DNA from: an uncultured virus (IMG/VR IMGVR_UViG_3300021961_000061)
Taxonomy: Duplodnaviria; Heunggongvirae; Uroviricota; Caudoviricetes
Length of the DNA: 20,000 nucleotides
Strand: one strand, 5' to 3'
Virus record (IMG/VR): IMGVR_UViG_3300021961_000061
The translations under genes were made by a program, and so were the position numbers. The notes beneath the pieces were generated by a model. It worked only from the letters and a program-made list of their open reading frames with translations, made no database searches and was not told the DNA's origin. Shown piece after piece: positions 1 through 8,773 of the stretch. Position 1 is the first letter of the stretch, and each line of letters begins with the position of its first letter.

Positions 1-1
1 A

Positions 2-82
2 ATAGCCACGGTTATGGGTGACACCCCTGATGAGACAAATGTTGTCGAAGAAATTTTAAAGAGTATCAATCAGAGGAGATAA
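2..82 (+). CDS. 3' end of an upstream CDS (partial), ...IATVMGDTPDETNVVEEILKSINQRR*; possibly the tail of a SNF2-type helicase
   Basis: Frame 2 is open from the window edge to TAA at 80-82. 'IxxVMGD' resembles the end of phage SNF2-like helicases, but 26 aa is too little to be sure. Confidence 0.45.
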   Translation: MATVMGDTPDETNVVEEILKSINQRR

Positions 83-97
83 TCGCTTGGTTTCTAT

Positions 98-105
98 TAT
101 TTATA
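98..105 (+). promoter_or_regulatory. TATTTATA upstream motif (putative phage late promoter)
   Basis: Lies 14 nt before ATG 120; the same sense-strand motif precedes several other genes in the window. Confidence 0.6.
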
Positions 106-119
106 GAAAAATAAAAACC

Positions 120-1646
120 ATGCAACATATACAAGAACAAGTAGACAAAATAGAAAAACAAATTCTTCACGAAGAAAAAAGAGAAGTAGCCAAAAATTTA
201 TTAAAAGAAGGAAAAAAGATAGGGATTGAAAAATTACCCTATAGTTACTCTGCCGTGAAGAGATTCATTGATTCTGAAACAATGGATGTCCACTACAACA
301 AACATTACAAAGGTTATGTGGATAAACTCAACAACCTTCTGTCAAAAAGAAAAGGAGACCAAGACCTCGAGAAAATCATAAGAAATATTTCCAAGTATCC
401 CAAAGCGGTTAGAGACAACGCAGGTGGTGCTTTCAACCACGCACTTTTTTGGAACATGCTTTCCCCCAAAAAACAAAGGGTGGGTAAAGAACTTGGTAAC
501 AAAATCAGAAAAGATTTTGGTAACTATACCAACTTCGTCAAGAAGTTTGAAGAAATGGCCAGACAAAGATTTGGGTCAGGATGGGTATGGTTGGTCCTCA
601 CTAACAGGGGGGATTTGAAAATAATGTCAACTCCTAACCAAGATAATCCGCTTATGAATGTAATAGAAGGCGGCGGATATCCACTTTTAGGATTAGATTT
701 GTGGGAACATGCGTATTACCTCAAATACAGAAACAAAAGAGACGAGTATATCAAAAACTTTTGGACCGTCGTAAATTGGGACTTTGTTGAAGGATTATAC
801 AAAATGAAGACTGAAACAAAATTGTTAGAATCTAAGAAAATTGGTGAGATACTTATGGAATCAAAATCAGAACCATGTTCTCGAAATGAAATAGAAGTTT
901 ACAGAACTTTGTTCAATGAGAACACCAAGGCAAAACAAATGTATAAGAACACAATCAACGATATTTTGAAATTGGTGTTCAAAGACAAGTACCACACTAA
1001 AAATGAAAACGGAAGATTACCTGCAGTATACGATTTGGAAAAACCAGGTCACAGTGTAATCAATTACTTGAATACAAATTATTCAGCGTTTTGTATAATG
1101 GTGAGAGACCTTAACCGAGTAGTTGAAAAAAGTTTAAAAGAAAGTCCGATAGACTTCAAAAACAAAACTCCTGAGGAACAAGTAAATGAAATGAGACGAA
1201 CTTGTAATTACATCGAAATGTTCAGAGATAGAATTTTTGATGTGAACAGTCAGACCTTCAACTCTTTAATGAATACCCTTAAAGACAAAAACACCATCGG
1301 TAGTCGTAGAGAAAAAACCGCGGCATTAAAACTTAAGGAACATTTTCCTAAAGCAAAAATTGTAGAAACCGCTGGTGGTGGTAGAACAATTGACGCGGTG
1401 AAAAAAATTGACCTCCAATTTATTATGGATGGAAAAACTACCACGGCACAGATTAAGGGTTTTGATGAAATCAAACTTTCCGAAAACAAACTCGAGATTA
1501 CCAAAACAGGTGAAGTGGCAAAGTATAATGTCGATTGGATGATTTTCGTAAAAGGTCAGAAGGTTGTAGTTTTTGAAAATAAGGGTGAAATTGTTTCAGG
1601 TAATTATGTTTTTGACAAAAAACACCTCCTATACGATTTGAGATAA
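120..1646 (+). CDS. sod: Fe/Mn superoxide dismutase (Mn-type signature) fused to a ~270 aa C-terminal region with a PD-(D/E)XK-like motif
   Basis: SOD motifs LPYSYSA, HYNKHYKGYV, NAGGAFNHALFW, FGSGWVWL, NQDNP, DLWEHAYY at ~234-803, with all four metal ligands (H,H,D,H). C-terminal G..RE..A...ID....IDL....AQIK. ATG 120 is preferred over TTG 87 because the TATTTATA motif lies between them. Confidence 0.92.
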   Translation: MQHIQEQVDKIEKQILHEEKREVAKNLLKEGKKIGIEKLPYSYSAVKRFIDSETMDVHYNKHYKGYVDKLNNLLSKRKGDQDLEKIIRNISKYPKAVRDNAGGAFNHALFWNMLSPKKQRVGKELGNKIRKDFGNYTNFVKKFEEMARQRFGSGWVWLVLTNRGDLKIMSTPNQDNPLMNVIEGGGYPLLGLDLWEHAYYLKYRNKRDEYIKNFWTVVNWDFVEGLYKMKTETKLLESKKIGEILMESKSEPCSRNEIEVYRTLFNENTKAKQMYKNTINDILKLVFKDKYHTKNENGRLPAVYDLEKPGHSVINYLNTNYSAFCIMVRDLNRVVEKSLKESPIDFKNKTPEEQVNEMRRTCNYIEMFRDRIFDVNSQTFNSLMNTLKDKNTIGSRREKTAALKLKEHFPKAKIVETAGGGRTIDAVKKIDLQFIMDGKTTTAQIKGFDEIKLSENKLEITKTGEVAKYNVDWMIFVKGQKVVVFENKGEIVSGNYVFDKKHLLYDLR

Positions 1647-1652
1647 TCGAGG

Positions 1653-1660
1653 TATTTATA
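1653..1660 (+). promoter_or_regulatory. TATTTATA upstream motif (putative phage late promoter)
   Basis: In the 17-nt gap between sod and the neck gene, 3 nt before ATG 1664. Confidence 0.65.
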
Positions 1661-1663
1661 GGT

Positions 1664-2782
1664 ATGGCTGTATTACCTGAACCCGAAAGAACTAGAATTT
1701 ATACAAGACTTCGTCATCAGCTCGGTGCACCTCTTAGGGCCGTCGAATTAGAAGACGAAATGTTGGATTCATTGATGGAATTGTCCATCCAAGATTACGA
1801 ACAATATACTTTAGATTGGTTGATTGAATCCAATTGGGTAAACTTGGTCAATCTAAATATGAATGAGAAATCTGTTGCTCGTGCTTTAGTCACGAGAACG
1901 ATGAATTTGGAAGACCAATTCACTTATGCATACTCAAAAATCGTAGGTCTTCAAACAACAGGACCATATGTAATCAAGAAAGATTATTTTGTTTTAAGTG
2001 CCAACACTCAATCATACGAAATCCCCGCTGGTAGAGAAATCAACGAATTGTTGTGGTTTTCGAATCAACCTTTCCAAAACTTGGCTCTTTGGGGAACTAC
2101 CGATTACGGATTTGGTGGTTTAGGTTTAGGGGGTAACCAAGCTGGATATGCTCAAATTGGAACCGCAGGTTCTTACTTTATGTTGAGTGGTTTCGACTAT
2201 CTTTTGAGATTCCAAGAGGCAAATATACTTAATAGAATTTTAGGTGGTGCTTTGACTTACAAAATTACTGGTTTACCTGATGGAAAAAGATTGGTGACAC
2301 TCTATAACGCACCGGGGTCAAACTTTTCTTGGAGTAACTACTCTGAGTATACGGGTAAAGCTGTTTGGTATTGGTACTATGATGTTGATGGTGATAGCCG
2401 TGCACAATGTATTAAAGACAACCCTGATATTATCAAATTACCTTCAGATGTACCTGTTGAGGAATTAAGTTGGGAAGACATGAATGTTCCTGCACAACAA
2501 TGGGTTAGAAGATGGTTTACAGCATATGCTAAAGAAACTTTGGCGAGAGTCAGAGGAAAATTCTCAGGTAACCTCAAGACTCCCGATTCGGAAGTACAAA
2601 TGGACTATCAATCTCTATCAACAGAAGGTAAAGATGAAAAGGCGAAGTTGGAAGAAGAATTGAAACTTAGATTAGAGAGGTTAAGACCTGAAAAACAAAT
2701 GGAAAAGGAAGCTTCTTTAGCAGAAAACCTGAACAAACAAATGAAATACAGGGCATTCCCGAGACAAATCTATGTAGTTTAA
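1664..2782 (+). CDS. Neck / head-completion protein, T4 gp13-like
   Basis: N-terminal RHQLGAPLRAVELEDEML..LMELSIQDY and C-terminal WVRRWFTAYAKETLARVRGKF...GKDEKAKLEEEL match the conserved ends of T4 gp13-family neck proteins. Confidence 0.8.
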   Translation: MAVLPEPERTRIYTRLRHQLGAPLRAVELEDEMLDSLMELSIQDYEQYTLDWLIESNWVNLVNLNMNEKSVARALVTRTMNLEDQFTYAYSKIVGLQTTGPYVIKKDYFVLSANTQSYEIPAGREINELLWFSNQPFQNLALWGTTDYGFGGLGLGGNQAGYAQIGTAGSYFMLSGFDYLLRFQEANILNRILGGALTYKITGLPDGKRLVTLYNAPGSNFSWSNYSEYTGKAVWYWYYDVDGDSRAQCIKDNPDIIKLPSDVPVEELSWEDMNVPAQQWVRRWFTAYAKETLARVRGKFSGNLKTPDSEVQMDYQSLSTEGKDEKAKLEEELKLRLERLRPEKQMEKEASLAENLNKQMKYRAFPRQIYVV

Positions 2783-2783
2783 T

Positions 2784-3176
2784 ATGTCCGATACTAAACA
2801 ATTAGAGCAAAAGTTTAAAGAAATTTTTCAATTTCTTTTAAAATCTTCCGATAATAGTTCAAAACCATTTGATACTTTTCAAGTAGACCATGTTAGTCTA
2901 AATGTATCCAAAGACAGAATAGTTTCCTATCATGTAATAATACTTACTGAGTCAGAATTCGATGGAACCTATTTAGATACAAGCATAAGTGATTTAACAA
3001 GTACAAGAGATTTCTTTGTAGACTTTTTTTCAGAAAATGCCATAGATGACAATGGTAAATTTTTTCAATCTACTCCTCAAGAACTTTTCATTGGTCCTCT
3101 TGTATCAACTATGATTGGAGATAATGATAATGCATTACTAAAAGTCGAATGGGAAGTATTTGTAGATAAATGGTAA
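2784..3176 (+). CDS. Hypothetical acidic protein, 130 aa
   Basis: ATG 1 nt after the neck-gene stop (coupled) and fills the gap to the next ORF; no recognisable motif. Confidence 0.7.
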   Translation: MSDTKQLEQKFKEIFQFLLKSSDNSSKPFDTFQVDHVSLNVSKDRIVSYHVIILTESEFDGTYLDTSISDLTSTRDFFVDFFSENAIDDNGKFFQSTPQELFIGPLVSTMIGDNDNALLKVEWEVFVDKW

Positions 3177-3187
3177 ATAATTAAATT

Positions 3188-3523
3188 ATGTCAGTAATTA
3201 AAAACACCCCATCACAAAGAATTATAAATGGTAAAATGATTACCACCTCTGAGACCGCAGTCGTTTCAGAACCTTTTTATGAAACACACGGAGAATCATG
3301 TATTGTAATCCGTGGTATTGCCCAAGCCAAAGTAAGGTTAGATAGTATTTCTACTGACCATACCGTAATCAAAGCAATGACCAAAGTCTTAATCATTCCC
3401 GATGTCGGAAAGATTGATGAGGACTATGATGAAATCCTAATAGAGCGTGGTGCCTGCGTAGAGTTCAGATTCTGTGCAGGAGTTTGGTATATCATATCTT
3501 CGGACGGACTGAAACAGTCTTAA
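3188..3523 (+). CDS. Hypothetical beta-rich protein, 111 aa (possible virion accessory protein)
   Basis: Clean ORF with A-rich start context. The ending CVEFRFCAGVWYIISS resembles small beta-sandwich modules of phage fibre proteins. Its stop shares a TTAA with the convergent ORF. Confidence 0.75.
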   Translation: MSVIKNTPSQRIINGKMITTSETAVVSEPFYETHGESCIVIRGIAQAKVRLDSISTDHTVIKAMTKVLIIPDVGKIDEDYDEILIERGACVEFRFCAGVWYIISSDGLKQS

Positions 3524-3804
3524 GTCCTAAGAGTGAATTCCCCTAAGTCTTTGATGTTAATTGTATGAAGATTACCACTACGATTAATAATCGGAGATAG
3601 GGCACCAACCTTTTTCAAGTATTCCATGTAGTAAAACATGAACTCGGGAATCGCAATATCAGGTTGACTGATTGTAACACCGATGTGTTCAGGAGAAAAT
3701 TCACGAGTAGGTGTACCTACGGTCTCAGCGTCACCAACACGGACAATCCAAAAGTGGGCTTCGGGGTTGTTGACGGAGAAGTTAAGAAATGATTTCAGTT
3801 TCAT
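3520..3804 (-). CDS. Small protein (94 aa) resembling a type I restriction-modification HsdS target-recognition-domain fragment
   Basis: MKLKSFL...FWIVRVG...VGTP...PEHIGV.I....IPEFMFYYMEYL...G......G....INIKDL follows the HsdS TRD pattern. ATG 3804 chosen because it is preceded by TATATTTAC and overlaps polB by only 23 nt. Confidence 0.6.
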   Translation of the reverse strand: MKLKSFLNFSVNNPEAHFWIVRVGDAETVGTPTREFSPEHIGVTISQPDIAIPEFMFYYMEYLKKVGALSPIINRSGNLHTINIKDLGEFTLRT

Positions 3805-6583
3805 AATGGTAAATATACTGCTCCCAACCCTCTTCTGCCAAATCATACATGTAATTTTTTGACAAACCTCGTTTTTCCCAATATTTCACCTCACCATCAG
3901 AGAGTGTCATAACCTCATCCAACTCATCTTGGTCACCAGGTCCCATTGGATTTCCGTTGATAAGTTCACACTGAGTGGTAGTAAAGAAACCTCGGTCTTC
4001 AGGATTATTAACAATCAACCCGTTTCTAACATCATCTTTAAACACAACCATCAGAGGTTCTATTCTTTTGTTGAAGGTGTTGATTGCACGAGCTACATTG
4101 TATTCACCTGTCAAATCAGGATTGGATTCAATTTCTTCACTATCCAAAATATAACAGTTCAGTTTAATATAAGACTCAACATCTTGTAGATACTCTCCTG
4201 TTTTTTTGAAATGTCTCTCTCGTTGTAAATCTGTGTATTTTTTCGCGGGAACTTTTTGAACATCACCGTAAGAAGCCTTTTCACCATTATTGACATACAT
4301 GATAACATCCCCCAAATTGACATTCATTTTGTGATGAATTGCCAGTTCCATGTGAGCTTGACGAGACATTAATGAACCTGCCTTAGTAGTTTGAGTACAA
4401 CGAATTTTGTAATCTTCAAGAGTTTGTTTAACCTTAGCCTTTTGTGCAATTTTAGATAAAGGAATTTTTTGGTCCCATATCTTTTCCAAGTATTCATAGT
4501 AATAATCAATAAACTCCTTACCTTCACCTTTAAGTAACATTTTTATTCCTTTATCCAAGAATTCCTCAATGTAACCTGGTAGTTTTTTCGATTTGATAGT
4601 GTTACCTACAAGTTTAATTTTACCTGAGTCAGTAAGAAGTGCATAGTTCTTACGAGCTATATTGATACAAGAAGGCCAAATACCATCGGTATCTAAAGCC
4701 ATTTCCCCCCTCATAAAAATATCATTATACTCAGCCACATCGGCATCGGGACCTGTGTACTCTTTTCCTTCTTTAACTTTCCAGTTCAATCCCCTACCGA
4801 TATAACGATGTTCCTCTACTCCTTCAGGAGAAGAGAAGTTCACACCGTCCGTATCCATAACAAGAGGGGTATATCCTCGAGCCATGAAGAACTTAATCAT
4901 CTGTCGTAGATACTGACGACCTGTACATGTAATTTGTTCTCCCATGTACATATCCCCCCACGCATATACTTGTGGTGCTGAGAGGGCACCGAACATGGAG
5001 TTAATAAAGATTTTGATTGGAAGTTGTTTGTTATCATAAGATGCTGCCAACTTGGGGTCAGTCTTAGAATATTTCTCAGCCAATTGTTTGTACAAAATAC
5101 GAGTATCACGGAAATACTTTAACATTCCTTTCATTGCACCTGTCACATCACATTGGGGGAAAACATCGTGAACCAACTGAATCGAAGGGTACAGAGAGGA
5201 GAAGTCCAACTTAAGTACATTCTTAGAATATCCTACTTTTAACAATCGTGAAAGACCACCCACGAAGTCAGTCTTGGATTGTTTAGCTGGGATGGCAAGA
5301 TTGTGTTTGTAACTCCAAGCGAGCATTAACATCTTCCAAAGAGTTGCTGTTCCCATTGTCGAAACTCTCTCATAGGTTGTTGGAATCATGGATGCAAGAA
5401 GGAATGACGCTTGGTTGAATTCCTTATCCACTTTCAAAGTTTCATCCAAGTCATCTTGAAGATATCGTTCAACGAGTTTGGCACCATTAGTAAGAACATA
5501 AGTGTCAGGAAATTTCACATCTAAATCCATAAAATCCCCCTTTTTACGATATTCTCCGTTTTTAAGGTTCAACCAATATTCTTGTTTTTCAGTATACATT
5601 TTACCGATGTTTTCGTGTTTGATGTATACTCGGTCAGGTTCCTTAGCATTAATATACTCTGAAATATATTTCAATCCCGCAGACTTAATTGATGAATTAA
5701 TTGCTTGTGCACGACGAACAGCGTGGATAATATCAATGGTATTGTATCCCCAAATAGATGTCTGCATGAAATCTTCAACCTCATTAGCCAACTTAAGGAT
5801 AGTCTTTTTCTGTGAGATAGAGTGTTGAGGGTGAAGAGATTTAACAATCTTTCTTATGTCCATTCCGAGGATTCTGCATCGCTCAAATATCCAATACCAG
5901 TCAAAGTTGGCTGAGTTATATCCACCGATGATAGATGGTTTAAGTTCATTGATTATATTAAAGAACTCTAATATACCTTTCTTCTCATCTTCTTCGTTAA
6001 TACATTCGATGATTTTGTTGAACCCTTTGTTGGTTCTCATACCAATCATGAATATGCGACCGTCCTTTGGCTCAAGTGATGTGGTTTCCAAGTCAAATAC
6101 CAATCGGGTTACACTATCGTAATCTTCGAACCCTTTGAATAGTCGTTTCTCTTTCGAAACAAAATATTGTTCGACGGGGGGGAGAATAAGAATCCTATCT
6201 CGGAACTTGTCACCCCAAGGGTCTGCACCACCTTCTCTAAAAAACTGAATCAAACTTCTATATCCTTTGAGTGACTTTACCATGTAGGTAAGACCCTTTT
6301 CCATTCGGGGGTCACCATGAGTTTCGAGTTTGTCAATGACAATACCATGTTTGGTCATGGCTTCTTTTTGTAGACCTTTTGAGTTTTGATAGAAACCCAT
6401 ATTGTGAAGGTCACCCACCCAACAAAAGGGAATAAAGGTATCCTTTCTTATTTCTTTTCCTTTACCAGGTATTTCTTTGATTTTGTAAATTGCGTCAGAG
6501 ACATAATCGAATTCACATGCTACGATGAATTCCTCAGGGTCATTACCCTCCAAAAACGACTTGATAACTTCAGAGTCAATCAT
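3782..6583 (-). CDS. polB: Family B DNA polymerase with 3'-5' exonuclease domain
   Basis: ExoI DLETTSLE, ExoII GYNSANFDW, ExoIII YLQDD, motif A DFSSLYPS, motif B KIFINSMFG, motif C MDTDG, and RKNYA. 933 aa with no intein or intron seen. Confidence 0.97.
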   Translation of the reverse strand: MIDSEVIKSFLEGNDPEEFIVACEFDYVSDAIYKIKEIPGKGKEIRKDTFIPFCWVGDLHNMGFYQNSKGLQKEAMTKHGIVIDKLETHGDPRMEKGLTYMVKSLKGYRSLIQFFREGGADPWGDKFRDRILILPPVEQYFVSKEKRLFKGFEDYDSVTRLVFDLETTSLEPKDGRIFMIGMRTNKGFNKIIECINEEDEKKGILEFFNIINELKPSIIGGYNSANFDWYWIFERCRILGMDIRKIVKSLHPQHSISQKKTILKLANEVEDFMQTSIWGYNTIDIIHAVRRAQAINSSIKSAGLKYISEYINAKEPDRVYIKHENIGKMYTEKQEYWLNLKNGEYRKKGDFMDLDVKFPDTYVLTNGAKLVERYLQDDLDETLKVDKEFNQASFLLASMIPTTYERVSTMGTATLWKMLMLAWSYKHNLAIPAKQSKTDFVGGLSRLLKVGYSKNVLKLDFSSLYPSIQLVHDVFPQCDVTGAMKGMLKYFRDTRILYKQLAEKYSKTDPKLAASYDNKQLPIKIFINSMFGALSAPQVYAWGDMYMGEQITCTGRQYLRQMIKFFMARGYTPLVMDTDGVNFSSPEGVEEHRYIGRGLNWKVKEGKEYTGPDADVAEYNDIFMRGEMALDTDGIWPSCINIARKNYALLTDSGKIKLVGNTIKSKKLPGYIEEFLDKGIKMLLKGEGKEFIDYYYEYLEKIWDQKIPLSKIAQKAKVKQTLEDYKIRCTQTTKAGSLMSRQAHMELAIHHKMNVNLGDVIMYVNNGEKASYGDVQKVPAKKYTDLQRERHFKKTGEYLQDVESYIKLNCYILDSEEIESNPDLTGEYNVARAINTFNKRIEPLMVVFKDDVRNGLIVNNPEDRGFFTTTQCELINGNPMGPGDQDELDEVMTLSDGEVKYWEKRGLSKNYMYDLAEEGWEQYIYHYETEIIS

Positions 6584-6599
6584 ATTAATAAATTTTTAC

Positions 6600-6645
6600 C
6601 GAGTGACACATTATCTTCCACACAAAATGGAATTTGTCTTGCTCA
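6600..6645 (-). promoter_or_regulatory. Stem-loop in the polB 5' leader (candidate translational operator)
   Basis: The mRNA would read GAG-caa-GACA-aa-UUCCA-uuuugug-UGGAA-gauaaug-UGUC-a-CUC: three stacked helices ending 17 nt before the ATG. Confidence 0.45.
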
Positions 6646-6652
6646 TTCTCCA

Positions 6653-6685
6653 ATAAATATAAATGATTGAACTTACTCAGTCAAA
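6653..6685 (-). promoter_or_regulatory. Host-type promoter for polB
   Basis: Minus strand TTGACT(6684-6679)-N17-TATATT(6661-6656). It also reads TTTG(6685-6682)-N20-TATATTTA, close to the Bacteroidota TTTG/TAnnTTTG consensus, and contains TATTTAT (6659-6653). Confidence 0.6.
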
Positions 6686-7084
6686 CTAGCAACACGCTTG
6701 TTCTGAAATAAAACTGTCTTCTACATTGATGTAAAGTTCCTCTCGTATGGGTACAATTAAATTTCCCTGTTGTGTTCCGAGTAGACCACTGTTCTTGATT
6801 AAGAATTGACCTTGGTATCTTCCTGGTGTGTCAGTATTACGAGAAGTGAATTGATAATAGATATAATATTCAGTAGGGGCACCAGGTTCACTAGGAATCA
6901 AACTTACAATTGAACAGGGCGCCCCCACAATTTTAGGAATTCCTGTTTTCACATCTACCATTGAAAAAAATATTGTGGACAACTCCAATAATTGCATTGT
7001 GTCCCCGTAACTACTTCTACCATCTTGTACGACCTGCATTTTTAAAACAGGGAGCGTAGCGTTTTTTCTAATAAAGAATTCCAT
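6686..7084 (-). CDS. BppU-N-like Ig-fold virion/baseplate-associated protein
   Basis: Pattern FFIRKNATLPVL...IFFSM...YYQFT..NTDTPGRYQGQFLI....LIVP....LYINV is typical of BppU N-terminal-like domains. Confidence 0.65.
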   Translation of the reverse strand: MEFFIRKNATLPVLKMQVVQDGRSSYGDTMQLLELSTIFFSMVDVKTGIPKIVGAPCSIVSLIPSEPGAPTEYYIYYQFTSRNTDTPGRYQGQFLIKNSGLLGTQQGNLIVPIREELYINVEDSFISEQACC

Positions 7085-7089
7085 ACAAA

Positions 7090-7097
7090 GATAAATA
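7090..7097 (-). promoter_or_regulatory. TATTTATC upstream motif
   Basis: In an 18-nt intergenic gap, 5 nt before ATG 7084. Confidence 0.6.
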
Positions 7098-7102
7098 CTT
7101 TG

Positions 7103-8773
7103 TTACGACTCTTTTCTTAACTTTCCATCGTAGAATTCGAACCTATCGTGTTCTGTGGGTGTTGCAAACAACAAACCTGATTTGATATTTCCTTTTTTTG
7201 TTTCTTGGAAAATATAACTCATCCAAGTTTGTTCAAAGGGTCTGTCCCACTTGGTCGTTAAAAACATTTTTTCATTTCCGTATCTTGTAACCACTTGTGG
7301 CCAGTTACAATAATACACCTCACCAATTCCATAAGGTAATCCTTTGAATGATTTTACAGCATCGAATTTTGTTCTTGGTGCATTTGGGTCTAACCCTTGA
7401 ACAGGTAAAGTTGATTTTTCAGGCCAATATTCTTCTCTTACAGATTGTGGAACATTATACCATGACCATTGAGTTCCATTATCACCATAAAACTCTGTGA
7501 AGTTCATTTTAAGAAAGTCTAACGATTCTTTTTTGGCAATCTGTATGGTTTTGTTATAAAGGTTTTGAATGTGTCGTGTAAACCCATTTTTACAGACTTG
7601 TTCTTCTCCACCATAGAAAAACATATCATCCTCAAAGAACCAATAAAAATCAAACTTATTTTCTTGTGCATGTTCTGCAGTCCATTGACGACCACCACAT
7701 ATCCCTAAGTTATCTTTTTTGATATGTTCAAAACCATATTGTTGACAAAGTTCCGAGTATTCCTCGGTAGTTGATAAATCAGACGAATTATCAAGTAAGA
7801 ATTTTTTGGGTTTATCCAAGAAATTTTGGTCATACAATTCAAAAGAATTGATTAATGTTCTAAACTGATTTGGACTATTAAAGGTAATAACATATAGAGC
7901 AGCGTTTTCAGTGTTTAAATCTGAGTATGAAATGTTACCCTGAGTGTTTTTTACTTTATGAGTATCGTTTTTGACATCCTCACAAAACTTACCAATTAGT
8001 CCATTTTTTTCAATCTCGTAATAATCAAATAAGTCGGGGTGTCTGTAAAGAAGAATACTAAATAAAGATTCTTCAGTACCCATAAGTCCATCTGTAAGTG
8101 TTTGGTGAAGTACATTGTAATATAAACCATTGACATCCGCAATTACATCTTTAGAACCCCCGAAAATTCCTCCACGACAAACTAACTTTACATGATTTCC
8201 CGCGTAATTGTTAATCTTAGGAAACGAAAAACCATGAATTTCTCTTTCAGCATCATAAGGAAATGCGATGAAACCAAATTTACTGAAAAGCTTATCAAAC
8301 TTATAATGAATTTTGTCATGAGTGAAATAACCAGGATGAACAGTGTTGGTAATTCCGGCATCAATCCAAAACATGTGAGAAGAATCAAAACTATCAAAAA
8401 TACGAGCATCATTAAGCAAAAACATTTTTGACATAACCAATGGGTTATACATTTCGAGTCTTGCTTGAGTTGATTCAGGTAACCATCCTGATTGATTATA
8501 CCATTCAGGATTCGTTCTTATTTTTTGAATTGTCGGATAAAAGTCGTTTTTAAACCAATCTTGTCCTCTCGTTATAAATTGAGTGTTTGATTTTTCTCTG
8601 CGTTCCCAAACAAAACTCTCTAATTCAGACTCACCAAAAATAATCAAATTCGCATCAATCTGCAAAAGTTGTTCAAATTTATCCAAATAGTGTTGAAATG
8701 AACGAGACCAACCTTCGTTGAGCTCATCTCGTTTTATATTCCATAATCCAGTAACAAATGTTATATTATTCAT
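7103..8773 (-). CDS. Two-domain putative glycosyltransferase: HtrL/YibB-like N-terminal domain plus GT2-like (GT-A) C-terminal domain
   Basis: N-domain (~8773-7970): ITFVTGLWNIKR, RSFQHYL, YNPLVMSKMFLL, FWIDAG, GGIFGG, GTEESL. C-domain (~7905-7103): YVITFNS, LLDNSS, NLGICGGRQ, FFEDD. Confidence 0.8.
   Translation of the reverse strand: MNNITFVTGLWNIKRDELNEGWSRSFQHYLDKFEQLLQIDANLIIFGESELESFVWERREKSNTQFITRGQDWFKNDFYPTIQKIRTNPEWYNQSGWLPESTQARLEMYNPLVMSKMFLLNDARIFDSFDSSHMFWIDAGITNTVHPGYFTHDKIHYKFDKLFSKFGFIAFPYDAEREIHGFSFPKINNYAGNHVKLVCRGGIFGGSKDVIADVNGLYYNVLHQTLTDGLMGTEESLFSILLYRHPDLFDYYEIEKNGLIGKFCEDVKNDTHKVKNTQGNISYSDLNTENAALYVITFNSPNQFRTLINSFELYDQNFLDKPKKFLLDNSSDLSTTEEYSELCQQYGFEHIKKDNLGICGGRQWTAEHAQENKFDFYWFFEDDMFFYGGEEQVCKNGFTRHIQNLYNKTIQIAKKESLDFLKMNFTEFYGDNGTQWSWYNVPQSVREEYWPEKSTLPVQGLDPNAPRTKFDAVKSFKGLPYGIGEVYYCNWPQVVTRYGNEKMFLTTKWDRPFEQTWMSYIFQETKKGNIKSGLLFATPTEHDRFEFYDGKLRKES

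Noticed and set aside
87..119. TTG start for the SOD ORF
   Set aside because: Would place the TATTTATA motif inside the CDS; ATG 120 has the better context.
3805..3846. Longer 108-aa version of the HsdS-like ORF
   Set aside because: Needs a 65-nt overlap with polB; the recognisable pattern begins at MKLK (3804).
3782..6583. Intein or intron in polB
   Set aside because: All motifs are collinear in one ORF of normal size; no splice-junction or LAGLIDADG motifs seen.
6677..6688. TAG stop as a sign of stop-codon recoding
   Set aside because: All genes are full length in the standard code and readthrough would add only three residues before TGA.
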